Part shown: piece after piece, positions 12,701-22,828 of the stretch
How the letters are laid out: the number at the start of each line of letters is the position of its first letter
Numbering within the stretch: position 1 is the stretch's first letter
Assembly: GCA_030141605.1 (NCBI GenBank)
Contig: JAQGDQ010000941.1
Location: forward strand, 1-64,000
Direction of reading: 5' to 3'
Source: Tubiluchus corallicola
Lineage: Eukaryota; Animalia; Priapulida
Length of the DNA: 64,000 nucleotides
Position numbers and translations under genes: made by a program
The notes under the pieces: model-generated
The model's database searches: none
What the model was told of the DNA's origin: nothing
Seen by the model: only the letters and a program-made list of their open reading frames with translations

Positions 12701-15700
12701 TAAAAATCAGGAAATGATTTTCGCATTTTCCTATCAGTTTGTTTTAAACATGAAATTTGTGTTAGAATTTCCACTAGTTGAACTTCAAACATATTTGAAC
12801 ATTTGAACACTTGGCAATGGAAAGTTGACTTTTCCTTGAAATTTTTAACTAACTTCTTACTAACCATTTCTGCGTTTATTTCACTTTGATAGGGTCAGCT
12901 GGCTGTGTTAACTTCTTAACTCTTTGCTTGAGGCTTATTAATCTTTTTGAATCATGAATACCTTCTTTCTGATTTTATTTCTTTATCCAGTTTTTTTTAT
13001 TATACAGATAGTTCTTTGCTAGGGGATGGTACAGGAAGAACAACTAATAGTACTGAACAATTTGTAGGAAGAACAACTAATAGTACAGAACAATTTGTAA
13101 GAAGAACAACTAATAGTGCAGAACAATTTATAAGAAGAACAACTAATAGTGCAGAGCAATTTATAACAAGAACAACTAATAGTGCAGAACAATTTATAAG
13201 AAGAACAACTAATAGTACAGAACAATTTATAAGAAGAACAACTAATAGTGCAGAGCAATTTATAAGAAGAACAACTAATAGTACAGAACAATTTATAAGA
13301 AGAACAACTAATAGTGCAGAGCAATTTATAAGAAGAACAACTAATAGTGCAGAACAATTTATAAGAAGAACAACTAATAGTGCAGAACAATTTATAAGAA
13401 GAACAACTAATAGTGCAGAGCAATTTATAAGAAGAACAACTAATAGTACAGAACAATTTATAAGAAGAACAACTAATAGTACAGAACAATTTATAAGAAG
13501 AACAACTAATAGTGCAGAGCAATTTATAAGAACAACTAATAGTACAGAACAATTTATAAGAAGAACAACTAATAGTACAGAACAATTTATAAGAAGAACA
13601 ACTAATAGTGCAGAGCAATTTATAAGAAGAACAACTACTAGTACAGAACAATTTATAAGAAGAACAACTAATAGTGCAGAGCAATTTATAAGAAGAACAA
13701 CTAATAGTGCAGAACAATTTATAAGAAGAACAACTAATAGTGCAGAACAATTTATAAGAAGAACAACTAATAGTGCAGAGCAATTTATAAGAACAACTAA
13801 TAGTACAGAACAATTTATAAGAAGAACAACTAATAGTACAGAACAATTTATAAGAAGAACAACTAATAGTGCAGAGCAATTTATAAGAAGAACAACTAAT
13901 AGTACAGAACAATTTATAAGAAGAACAACTAATAGTACAGAGCAATTTATAAGAAGAACATCTAATAGTGCAGAACAATTTATAAGAAGAACAACTAATA
14001 GTGCAGAACAATTTATAAGAAGAACAACTAATAGTACAGAACAATTTATAAAAAGAACATCTAATAGTGCAGAGCAATTTATAAGAACAACTAATAGTGC
14101 AGAGCAATTTATAAGAAGAACAACTAATAGTGCAGAGCAATTTATAAGAAGAACAACTAATAGTGCAGAGCAATTTATAAGAAGAACAACTAATAGTGCA
14201 GAGCAATTTATAAGAAGAACAACTAATAGTGCAGAGCAATTTATAAGAAGAACAACTAATAGTACAGAACAATTTATAAGAAGAACAACTAATAGTACAG
14301 AACAATTTATAAAAAGAACATCTAATAGTGCAGAGCAATTTATAAGAAGAACAACTAATAGTACAGAACAATTTATAAGAAGAACAACCAATAGTACAGA
14401 ACAATTTATAAAAAGAACATCTAATAGTGCAGAGCAATTTATAAGAAGAACAACTAATAGTGCAGAGCAATTTATAAGAAGAACAACTAATAGTGCAGAG
14501 CAATTTATAAGAAGAACAACTAATAGTGCAGAGCAATTTATAAGAAGAACAACTAATAGTGCAGAGCAATTTATAAGAAGAACAACTAATAGTACAGAAC
14601 AATTTATAAGAAGAACAACTAATAGTACAGAGCAATTTATAAGAAGAACATCTAATAGTGCAGAACAATTTATAAGAAGAACAACTTCTTATACACACAC
14701 CTTTCAAAGCTTGCAATCTTAAGCAGTAAGATTGGAGCAGTGAACGCGAACACACTGGGACGAATTGTTCGATTGAAGTGAATTGTATATTCACCGGACC
14801 TCAAGCCGACATTGAACCCTCCCTGCCTGAAAACTGCCCTACAAGACAATAAATTATGATGAATTAAAAATCATCAAGAAAACCTATGTGGCGGATTACC
14901 GTATTTTCCCGTGTATAAGAGACCCTTGTGTATAAGAGACCCCTTCAATTTTTAGGCAAAAATTCTGGAAAAAAGTTTTTTGGTAATGAATAACTTTATT
15001 CATCATAGAAATCATTAAATTCCTCATCACTCTCATCAAAAATATCAACTGCAATTCCAGCCAGTATATCATCATCAGAGGAGTCACTCTGCTCAAAAAT
15101 GGCATTGTCCTCTGTGCCGTCCATGGCATTGGAGATGCCACACTTCTTGAAAGATTTAATAATGACCTCTGGCTTTACACCATTCCATGCCTTGAGGACC
15201 CAGCTGCAGACTTCTCCAAGGGTTGGCTTTCTTATCTTGCCAGTTGGTGTCAGATTGGAGTCGGCATCTTGCATCCACTTCGTGATTAATATTAATAATT
15301 TTATCATTAGAATTTAGCCATGGAGAAGATTTATTGAAAGGAAACTATAATTATTCGAAATAAAACAGTTGTAGAGCACTTATTTCTTTAAAATCATTAG
15401 TGTCACAATTTATGCATCTGATTGAAAAGACTTACTCCCGTGTATAAGAGACCCCCTATTTTTAAAGTGAAAATTCTGAGCAAAAAAGGGTCTCTTATAC
15501 ACGGGAAAATACGGTAGTTGCCCCATATTGCTACTTTCATTTCCTAGCATAACGGCCTTTCTAGTGAAAATATGATACTTTGTGTGACACTTACAACATT
15601 TTCTGCACATCTAACAACTTGAAAACAAGAAACGAATTTTGGGAAAAATCACAATTCCCATTTTTTGCTTTTTTATTGCTTTTACGAGTGTGCCCAGTTG

Positions 15701-18700
15701 CAAAGTTGTTTATTTAAAATTTTTATTTTTCAGTTGTTACACGTCTTATTAACATAGCTAATTCGTGGCTCATAACAAGTGATTTGGTTCTTGATTGTGA
15801 CTTGCAAAATGTGTGACGTTGCGTCAATTTTACCTCCTTAAACCTGTATAAGTAGCTAAAATGGCGAAAGAATTGCCGTTACCGTTTTGCCATTTTTTTA
15901 CCATTTTAGCTTTTTATCTGATCATTTTTTATGTTGTGCATTTTGTGTGTTCGCATAAATACCATTAATTACAATATATTTTTTACAATCATTACTTCTT
16001 TCAATTTAAAAAAAGTTAAAATGAAATTAGCATTTCACTTTGTTAAAATTTTATACTGGTAGAATTTACACTGTCAAAATGTCCTACAGTCAAACTTGTA
16101 CAGTTGAACCTTGTTATAACATCCAATCCCTTTCTAAAGTCAAACTCGCTTAAACCTTAATTTCTAACAAAACAAAATATCTTTATTTGCATGGATGTGT
16201 TGGTATTAATGCACCTTGTTGTAATGTCAAACTCGCTGTAATGGCAACTGTTTTGCAGGCTCAAGCTTGACTGTGAGCAATTTGAATAATTAGTAGTTTA
16301 ATAAGTAGCTAATAATTGCTAATTTCTTAATAATGGCAGATTTACGGCTTTTGTAACAGGGGCGGAACTAGGGGGGAGCGAGGGGATGCCCCCTCTTGTC
16401 AAAATTTGCGCCCCCCTGCAAAATCGGACAAATAATTTTTTTGCAGTGAAAATTGCAGTTTGCGTGTAATCATTTTCAATATGAATTAGAATTAGGTAAA
16501 AAAATGTTTGGTAGCTTCAGTGTATTATTTTCTTAAAACTTGTGTGTGATAAATTTCTGTAAATAACAATTTAGTTAGAGGCACATTAATAACGTTAGGT
16601 TAACTGAGCGTTAATTTTCTCATTATTGCTCTGTCCGCTACGCCGTCCTACACACATGCTAATTATAGGCCTGCATGCAGTATAAAAGGGGTTAAAAATT
16701 GGCTTAACCATTATTTAACCACTTCGGATACCTCACCCCCCCAGAAAATTTTTGCGCCCCCCCCCCTGCTTGCCACATCTAGTTCCGGCCCTGTTTTGTA
16801 ACAATAGAAATTTTACAAAAAAAACTTCCTTTTATTGCCAGTGAACAAGAAAAAATTTCATTTGTGTATGACGTGGTCAGTCTGAATTCTTACCTATGTC
16901 TGATTGAAGGTAGGTTTTCTTAAGTTTTGAAATTTTGTTGATTTTGTTTTCAGGTGTACAGGTTAGAAAAAGAAGAAGATGGAGTGGTCCTTGATCCACT
17001 GCGGGCAGTTTATGTCATTAAGGGCGTAACGGCGCACGAGCTTTGCCATTACTTCTGGGACATGGACGTTCGACTAGACTGGGACAGTATGTTACATGCT
17101 TTACTATTTGTCCAGACTGGGACAGTATGTTACATGCTTTACTATTTGTCTAGACTGGGACAGTATGTTACATGCTTTACTATTTGTCCAGACTGGGACA
17201 GTATGTTACATGCTTTACTATTTGTCCAGACTGGGACAGTATGTTACATGCTTTACTATTTGTCCAGACTGGGACAGTATGTTACATGCTTTACTATTTG
17301 TCCAGACTGTTACAGTATGTTACATGCTTTACTATTTGTCCAGACTGGGACAGTATGTTACATGCTTTACTATTTGTCCAGACTGGGACAGTATGTTACA
17401 TGCTTTACTATTTGTCCAGACTGGGACAGTATGTTACATGCTTTACTATTTGTCCAGACTGGGACAGTATGTTACATGCTTTACTTATTTACCTAGTTGT
17501 AGTCATCCACTTATATGGCTTAGCCGTTCATATACACTGTTGTGTTTTGTTTCTCTCGGAAGGCTCGTAGAGAAAACCAGCAAACACATCGTCAAATTAA
17601 ACTACTTTATTATGCGAGAATTCTACAACACAAAAGTATGAAGGAACGCGAAATGATTACAGTAAACGTGAAAATATGGAAAACGTTTGCGTGTATCTGA
17701 AAATACAAGTGTACAAGAGAATGTGTAAGTGGCGTCCATGCGAATCCGCGTGTCAGCGGCCAGCTTCGCTTTATGTAGCGTGCCAGAGAACAGACGATTA
17801 TTCTATTATGCTATGGAACATTCAGGGATGATACCCGGAATTCCGAGTTTTTGAAAGACCAGTAGCGCCATTTTTGTAAATCGCGTTAATTCGTTGAGAA
17901 AATTTTTACGGACCCAGTACATTATTTCACAAGCTGACCGTTAGGTGGCAGGCCGTCACTTTGTTTACATCACGTACGTCAGTGTAACCACGTGTAGATC
18001 TCTATGTATAAAAATATAGAATCAATTGTGCGGAGTTATTTGAGTCAATTGCAGACAGTTTTTATATACTTTTGCATAGGAGTGGCCAGTATTTAGGTGT
18101 TTTTGAGACAATTAGGTATCATGTATTCTTGATAGTTGGGTTTTTTAAATTATGCATGAAACAAGGTAATTGATATTTTAAGTCCACTTAGAGGCTCTCT
18201 ATGGTCACAAAATTGCAGTTTGTTGCTGTCTCCAAGGAGGCTTCACGCCTTTGAACCCCATTGAGGGAGGCTTCAGAGTTTTCAGAGTTTTTTGCAATTT
18301 GTCATTCTCATCCCTGGGAACATTCTACAATGTTCTATTTAATTCTAATAGATGCCAGTGATTTCCACAACATAGTCTCTCTACCATGGTTAGCCAGTCA
18401 AAGGAACCACAAACCTGTCAAGGCAGCTCATATCGTTTACTCTATACGTAACACTTCGAAGGTTTCTTTTGATGATTAAAGGCCTGGGGCAAAAAGAAAT
18501 TCCTGATAGGTTGCTAAAACTCTCACATGGACGACCACCATACGTATTGGAAGTAGATATTCTTTTTTTTTCATCAACTCAGTGCTGTATTATGATTCTA
18601 ATCAGCAATTGAATGCAAGACCTTGGGGTTGGAATTTTCCCGCTCTCCCATTTCAGTTACACGTTCAGCACGGCACAGCGGGACGTGAATTGTCATCTTA

Positions 18701-21128
18701 TAACACACAACAGCTTCATCTGTATCCAAGTCATAGTAAATAGTAGGGTTGCCGTTTTATGCTGTGCATGCTGCAGGTTTTATGCTGTACATGCTGCGGG
18801 TTTTATGCTGTACATGCTGCAGGTTTTATGTTGTACATACTGTACATGCTACAGGTTTTATGCTGTACATGCTGCTTGTTTTATGCTGTAAATGCTGCAG
18901 GTTTTATGCTGTATGTGCTGTACATGCTGCAGGTTTTATGTTGTACATACTGTACATGCTACAGGTTTTATGCTGTACATACTGTACATGCTGCTTGTTT
19001 TATGCTGTACATGCTGCAGGTTTTATGCTGTACATACTGTTCATGCTGCAGGTTTTCCGTTGTTTCAGCTACGCTAGAGTTCGCTCGCGTCGTAGAAACT
19101 CTCGGTTCTGACACGGTAATCGATCACCAGCAACACAAGAGGGTGTGGCCAGCCACCACCCGCGACGCCCTCTTCTGGTCACACATACGACAGTTTCGCG
19201 ACGAGGAGAATAACGACGCTCTTCCATTGTGGATAACCTGCAATTATTCAACGGAGCATCCCAGCTGCCCGGTACTTTTTGTTTTTAGCTTATTTCCAAG
19301 AAGCTATTAATGATACATTGTTACATACATTATAATACAATGTTCTACTACTATGAAACAAAACAAAAATTGTAGTGGGTGGTAATTTCAATATTTTTAA
19401 GTGTAAATTAAAGTACATTGAAAGTTGTTTAAGTTATTTAAGTTTTATTTGTGGTTTCTCCATCACAAGAAGACTGTAACTTTGTTGCAAATTTGCAAAC
19501 ATGTATGTATGATTTACGTATGCTCTCTAAACATATTTTTACAATACATTATAAGTGAATCAATGAATCAAGTGAACTTAGAGTGTCGCGAAGTTCGTCT
19601 TAATTGCTTCGCGTTGATTAACTTGACTTTTAAATATTACATTGTGTCTTCTTGCTCATTTTTTCATCTCATTCCCTCCCTTTTTTAGGCTTGTTACAAC
19701 ATTGAAATAGCTTAAATTTCCCTCTAATCTTACTGTACTTATTTGCTTCTGAATGACCTTTTACATTAATAGTGTTCTAGTTATCTGTACTTAAGCTGTG
19801 TAAGACAGTTCTACCTTGAACATTTAGACCTGTGGGCTTACCCAGGCTAATTGTTCCACTGTGTTTTAGTATAGTGGTATTTTAGTACTGATAATTATGT
19901 TATTTGATTCTGTCATTCTACCTGCTAGTATAGTTGTTATAATATAATTCCTCGTGACTTGTTAATGATTGTTTTTTTATTATTTGATTGAAAAAGCTAA
20001 TAGGCTTAATAATTGTTGGCAAGGTTTAATTTCAGTAACGGCTCTCCCACCTATTTCATTGCCCACAGAGAGTCATCTAGTTTTTCCATCCATTGATTCA
20101 TAAAGGAACTTTACATTTGTTTTGTATGACATTCTTATAGATGTTGAAGTGCATTCGTATCAGAATGAACGTGGCAATGATCTGCCAGACAACGCTCGAG
20201 TCACCTGATGCACAACTGTCACGGGACGACATCACCACAAAGATCACTTACACAGCCGATGGTAGGTAAACATTTTATCAGCAACATGAAGAAATAGTTT
20301 CTTAAAAACAACCTGTGATGATGTATTTACCTGTTGTGGGATGTGAGGTGGGCCATTTATCATATAGATCAGGGGTGTGCAAATTGCGGCACGCGGGCCA
20401 CTTGTGGCCCTCCGAGAGAATTTGTGCAGCCCTCGAAGAGATTTGTCAACCTAATGGAAGTGCGGCCGGGGCGATTAATTGAGTGTATCCAGCTGAAGTC
20501 CGTGCCAAGATCCCAAAGATAGTGCGGGTAGTTTTTTCTACTAGATCGGATGCCATTAACCCTTACAAGACGGTTGTAGCTTAATGTCACTTTACTACAC
20601 AGACTGTGTGATACACATTACTAATATGCATTGTAATGAAATTACCACTATCTGTCCTGAAAGTAGAAATATATGGTTTGTAATATAAATTTTAATAACT
20701 TCTAAAATAGTTTCTTGAGTGTGGTAGTAATGATGTACGCAGGTCGGATGCAAAAAAATCGTTATTAGGTCTTTCTGTACTTGGCTCCTTGATCAAACTG
20801 CCTGTGGCCTGCAGGAATTGCGGGAAAGTTTAATGTGGCCCGGCTAGTCAGATAATTTGCACACCCCTGATGTTCGATTAATCTGAGATGTAAATCGATT
20901 AGGTAATTTGGGACGCATGAAAATCGCGTGTTTACGTTGCTGAGAAACCTTTGCAGTTTATACATTTGAAGTATTTGTATCCATTTTGTTTTCATTACAG
21001 TTCATCCGGGTGGATGGGCTCCGTCGTCCGTCCTGCGGGCGGTTTACAAGCGGGAGTATCCCCGTTTTCTCAAACGTTTCACTCAGTTCGTCCGGGATCG
21101 TACGGAATCGAAACCCATCATGCTGTGA
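1427..21128 (+). CDS. CERT1: Ceramide transfer protein (CERT/COL4A3BP/STARD11), spliced, 5'-partial; exons 1427-1624, 2820-2955, 3327-3401, 4124-4296, 6493-6600, 7718-7804, 9294-9380, 9982-10080, 16954-17086, 19069-19271, 20141-20261, 21001-21128
   Basis: The joined exons keep one reading frame with GT-AG sites. They give CERT-typical segments: [22 protein letters not shown] (PH end), [13 protein letters not shown] (serine-rich motif), [33 protein letters not shown] (FFAT), and START segments ending [32 protein letters not shown]. Confidence 0.95.
1850..2548 (-). mobile_element. Diverged non-autonomous DNA transposon (inverted copy of 21240-21920)
   Basis: caagaaaaggggtaa..gaagtaggtttcagaaaa and later blocks are reverse complements of segments in 21240-21920. 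Confidence 0.65.
2820..2955 (+). CDS. CERT1: CERT exon (middle region, coiled coil)
   Basis: tttcag|AGAGGA ... AATA|gtatgt; [34 protein letters not shown]. Confidence 0.92.
3327..3401 (+). CDS. CERT1: CERT exon (acidic linker)
   Basis: tcgtag|GTATTGCC ... AAAG|gtaaag; phase 1 to phase 1; [24 protein letters not shown]. Confidence 0.75.
3980..4055 (-). mobile_element. 5S-rRNA-like SINE head remnant
   Basis: The - strand reads aagttaagcaacac...ggatggagacc (5S box A and box C like); related copies at 34091, 41464 and 45203. Confidence 0.45.
4124..4296 (+). CDS. CERT1: CERT exon (middle region)
   Basis: ttcgtag|AGAATT ... GAGAAG|gtgaga; [42 protein letters not shown]. Confidence 0.93.
4518..4760 (+). 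repeat. Dispersed repeat, second copy at 12337-12555
   Basis: Shared gacctatgcagacttgcacagg...cactggaccatacaattatact...catagatggcagcac. Confidence 0.75.
5980..6484. repeat. 46-bp minisatellite (~11 copies) abutting a CERT acceptor
   Basis: Unit gaactttcttgacttttgttaacgtctgtaagtgcagtgatttgtt. Confidence 0.93.
6493..6600 (+). CDS. CERT1: CERT exon
   Basis: aattag|GAAATG ... TATGAG|gtcagt; [36 protein letters not shown]. Confidence 0.92.
6660..7274. mobile_element. hAT-like MITE
   Basis: TIR caatagcggctcgt / acgagctgccactg; 8-bp TSD ATGTAGAA on both sides. Confidence 0.8.
7718..7804 (+). CDS. CERT1: CERT exon with FFAT motif
   Basis: tttcag|GAGGGA ... GATTTG|gtaacg; [29 protein letters not shown]. 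Confidence 0.92.
8362..9277. mobile_element. Foldback/MITE (possibly PIF-Harbinger-like) with amplified internal ~40-bp subrepeats
   Basis: Imperfect TIR cgcacgttcagactacaaagttttctcgca / tgcgagaacaaactctgtagtctgaatgcg; internal array of cttgcaaagc(c/t)gttcacacttg(c/t)gagaacttgtgaga; TAA at the right flank. Confidence 0.65.
9294..9380 (+). CDS. CERT1: CERT exon (linker before START)
   Basis: ttgcag|CTGCTA ... GCTGAG|gtaaat; [29 protein letters not shown], phase 0 to phase 0. Confidence 0.8.
9424..9864. repeat. 34-bp minisatellite (~13 copies)
   Basis: Unit tgtaaa(c/t)tggagtccatcactcagtaccgtggcc. Confidence 0.93.
9982..10080 (+). CDS. CERT1: CERT exon (start of START domain)
   Basis: cactag|GTGGAC ... 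ATGAAG|gtgact; [33 protein letters not shown]. Confidence 0.9.
10651..10782 (+). CDS. Candidate alternative terminal (or 42-nt cassette) exon of CERT encoding [14 protein letters not shown] plus a hydrophobic tail
   Basis: Strong acceptor tcctttttcaactctcag. In phase 0 after GDMK it reads VYR, like the canonical next exon. Stop TGA at 10780-10782; AATAAA at 11052. No expression evidence. Confidence 0.4.
   Translation, partial: VYRKLQLEEYPSTPVDFIIVFSFCIGILLAVLHQNLLLAHKEK
11452..11706. mobile_element. Tigger/pogo-like MITE fragment (family of 49065-50147)
   Basis: aagtcctctgcttaacgactccccgttta... and 3' gtcgttacgcgagtacttgctgta, shared with the 49065-50147 copy. Confidence 0.6.
12035..12335. 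repeat. 26/30-bp purine-rich minisatellite
   Basis: Unit cctgaacactgagagtgagagagt(gaga)gt. Confidence 0.9.
12337..12555 (+). repeat. Dispersed repeat, copy of 4518-4760
   Basis: Same internal blocks as 4518-4760. Confidence 0.75.
13030..14686. repeat. 33-bp minisatellite (~50 copies, some 30-bp units)
   Basis: Unit agaacaactaatagt(g/a)caga(a/g)caatttataaga; source of the 591/463-aa repeat ORFs. Confidence 0.95.
14899..15514 (-). mobile_element. Internally deleted pogo-family (Tc1/mariner superfamily) transposon retaining the transposase C-terminus
   Basis: TA|ccgtattttcccgtgtataagagaccc ... gggtctcttatacacgggaaaatacgg|TA. The - strand fragment [34 protein letters not shown] plus an acidic tail is pogo/POGK-like. 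Confidence 0.88.
16357..16793. mobile_element. hAT-like MITE
   Basis: TIR caggggcggaactag / ctagttccggccctg; 8-bp TSD TTTTGTAA. Confidence 0.88.
16954..17086 (+). CDS. CERT1: CERT exon (START domain)
   Basis: tttcag|GTGTACAGG ... GGGACA|gtatgt; [44 protein letters not shown]. Confidence 0.92.
17077..17485. repeat. 38-bp tandem array (11 copies) spanning a CERT exon/intron junction
   Basis: Unit gactgggacagtatgttacatgctttactatttgtcca at 17077+38n. Confidence 0.95.
18755..19056. repeat. 23/32-bp minisatellite just upstream of a CERT acceptor
   Basis: Unit tgcaggttttatgctgtacat(actgtacat)gc. Confidence 0.9.
19069..19271 (+). CDS. CERT1: CERT exon (START domain)
   Basis: tttcag|CTACG ... TGCCCG|gtactt; [40 protein letters not shown]...[11 protein letters not shown]. 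Confidence 0.93.
20141..20261 (+). CDS. CERT1: CERT exon (START domain)
   Basis: ttatag|ATGTTG ... GATG|gtaggt; [40 protein letters not shown]. Confidence 0.92.
20370..20869 (+). mobile_element. hAT (Buster-like) MITE family A, copy 1
   Basis: TIR caggggtgtgcaaat / atttgcacacccctg; near-identical to the copies at 33551, 43762 and 53956; TSD not preserved. Confidence 0.9.
21001..21128 (+). CDS. CERT1: CERT last coding exon
   Basis: ttacag|TTCATCCG; (V)[44 protein letters not shown]. Confidence 0.94.
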
Positions 21129-21239
21129 GCGTCCCGGAGATTTCATTATTCCGGATGTTGCCTCGTTGTCGTAATTTTGTCGGATCGTTCGATGTAACTT
21201 GAAACATCGTTTGAAGAATTAGCAACGGGTGATTTGATG

Positions 21240-21920
21240 TTAAAGTACAAGATAACCTTTCATAAACATAAAGCTTAAAAAATTCACTTACTGCCTTTTT
21301 ACATACAGGACTTCAATCGGCAGTCACGTTGTATAAAACATGCAAATTTAAACTCCCGCGATGACCGTTAGATGCAGCCATTTTGATGAGAAGTCATTTG
21401 AAACAAGTTTAGATAACAGAGAGTAAACTTTGAAACAAATAATCGGAACATTCGTGGCGCGCTAACTGAGTAAAATTTTAAATTACTGCATGTTGTCACA
21501 AAGATTAATAATAAGTTTTTGGTTTGTCAGGGGCGCACCCAGGAGCGACATTTTACCAATTGGTGAAAACATTTTAAATAATTAATAATTTTCTTTTCTA
21601 GTTACGTAAGTCTTTCCAGTAGGTAAGCGGAACGCTGAGTAATATAACTTTGCATGGAAAGTTTTTTGGGACATAGTTTAACATTGACTTTACTTCCCTG
21701 ATTTACACTGTGCGTAGTGACATCAGGTAATGACACATAGTCATTGTAACGTCATGTAATGGCGCGGTCAGAACAGTGTTACGGGAGATTTAAAATGAAA
21801 ACAAACAAAAATTCCGTTTAATGCGAGTACGATATACGCACAAAATTTCCGTAAAGTAATATTTTTTTCAAGCCGATTTTTCTGAAACCTACTTCAATTA
21901 CCCCTTTTCTTGTTCTTTAA
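21240..21920 (+). mobile_element. Kolobok-like non-autonomous element downstream of the CERT stop
   Basis: ttaaagtacaaga ... tcttgttctttaa (TTAA flanks, short TIR); related copies at 1850-2548 and about 25056-25910. Confidence 0.6.
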
Positions 21921-22162
21921 CGATGCTGAAGGTGGCGACACGTTATCGTTTCTCAGAGGGACCAATTACCAAAGCAGGTGTCATTGCAATAATCAACATG
22001 CGTCATTTAATGACCTTATTAACGCAATTTATTCAATTTGTGTGATTGTTAGATGTTTTTAGAAGAATGTGATATCTATTTATTGATTATTTTCACCCAG
22101 CGTTAATGCATGATAATATTACGCAGGTGCAACACAGAAATCTGTAACGTTGAATTGAACTA

Positions 22163-22828
22163 CAGTCTAGCCTCGTTATCTCGCCACTGTCCGTCTAGGG
22201 CAAATTTTTGGCGAGAGGCGAGTATGGCGAGATAACGGGAATATAACGAAGTTAGTCTATATGTATATACATAATAGTTGATTAACATAGTGTTCCTCTA
22301 TGTACATATAAAATATATTTCGCATTATGATACCAATCAACATTAAATTAGAAATGAAAACATTAAGACAAAACAGTTTTCGCTTCAGAGACATCATGTA
22401 AAGTTGCTCACACTTTGTGGAAACTCAAACTTAAACGCAGCTTTGGTGTTATAGAATAAGGATATCGGTGACGCTTTAGTTTCTCTGCGCATTAACCAAC
22501 CACAGCACTCCTAATCTAATCCTGGTGAGACACACACTAGATTAATTATGTCTGTCTATCGAGTACAGCAGCATTGTTTACATACCGCGGTTATATTGAT
22601 CGACACACGGTATATGTATTGATCGATTCACCTCTGAGTTTGTCTGTTTGGCGACATAACGAATATAGTTTACACAAGCACTCATCCTAACATGACGTGG
22701 CGAGGGCGAGAAGCGAGGGTGGCGACTTAACGAGGTAAATATCAAAGCAGGAAATCCGTCCTGGTACTTTCTGTGGCGAGAGACGAGTTTGGCGGCATAA
22801 CGAGGGGCGAGATAACGAGGCTAGACTG
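22163..22828. mobile_element. Tigger/pogo-like MITE
   Basis: TA|cagtctagcctcgttatctcgcc ... ggcgagataacgaggctagactg|TA, perfect 23-bp TIR. Confidence 0.9.

Noticed and set aside
13000-14794. 463-aa and 591-aa minus-strand ORFs
   Set aside because: They are translations of the 33-bp minisatellite, which lacks stops in these frames; there is no domain content.
17087-17641. Overlapping ORFs 17096..17641, 17172..17570 and the tail of 16954..17496 as separate genes
   Set aside because: They are products of the 38-bp array; CERT homology stops at the donor at 17086.
20369-20590. Recurrent [19 protein letters not shown]... (also at 43737 and 54236)
   Set aside because: It recurs only because it lies inside the MITE family A copies; no transposase motifs, and no clear ATG start.
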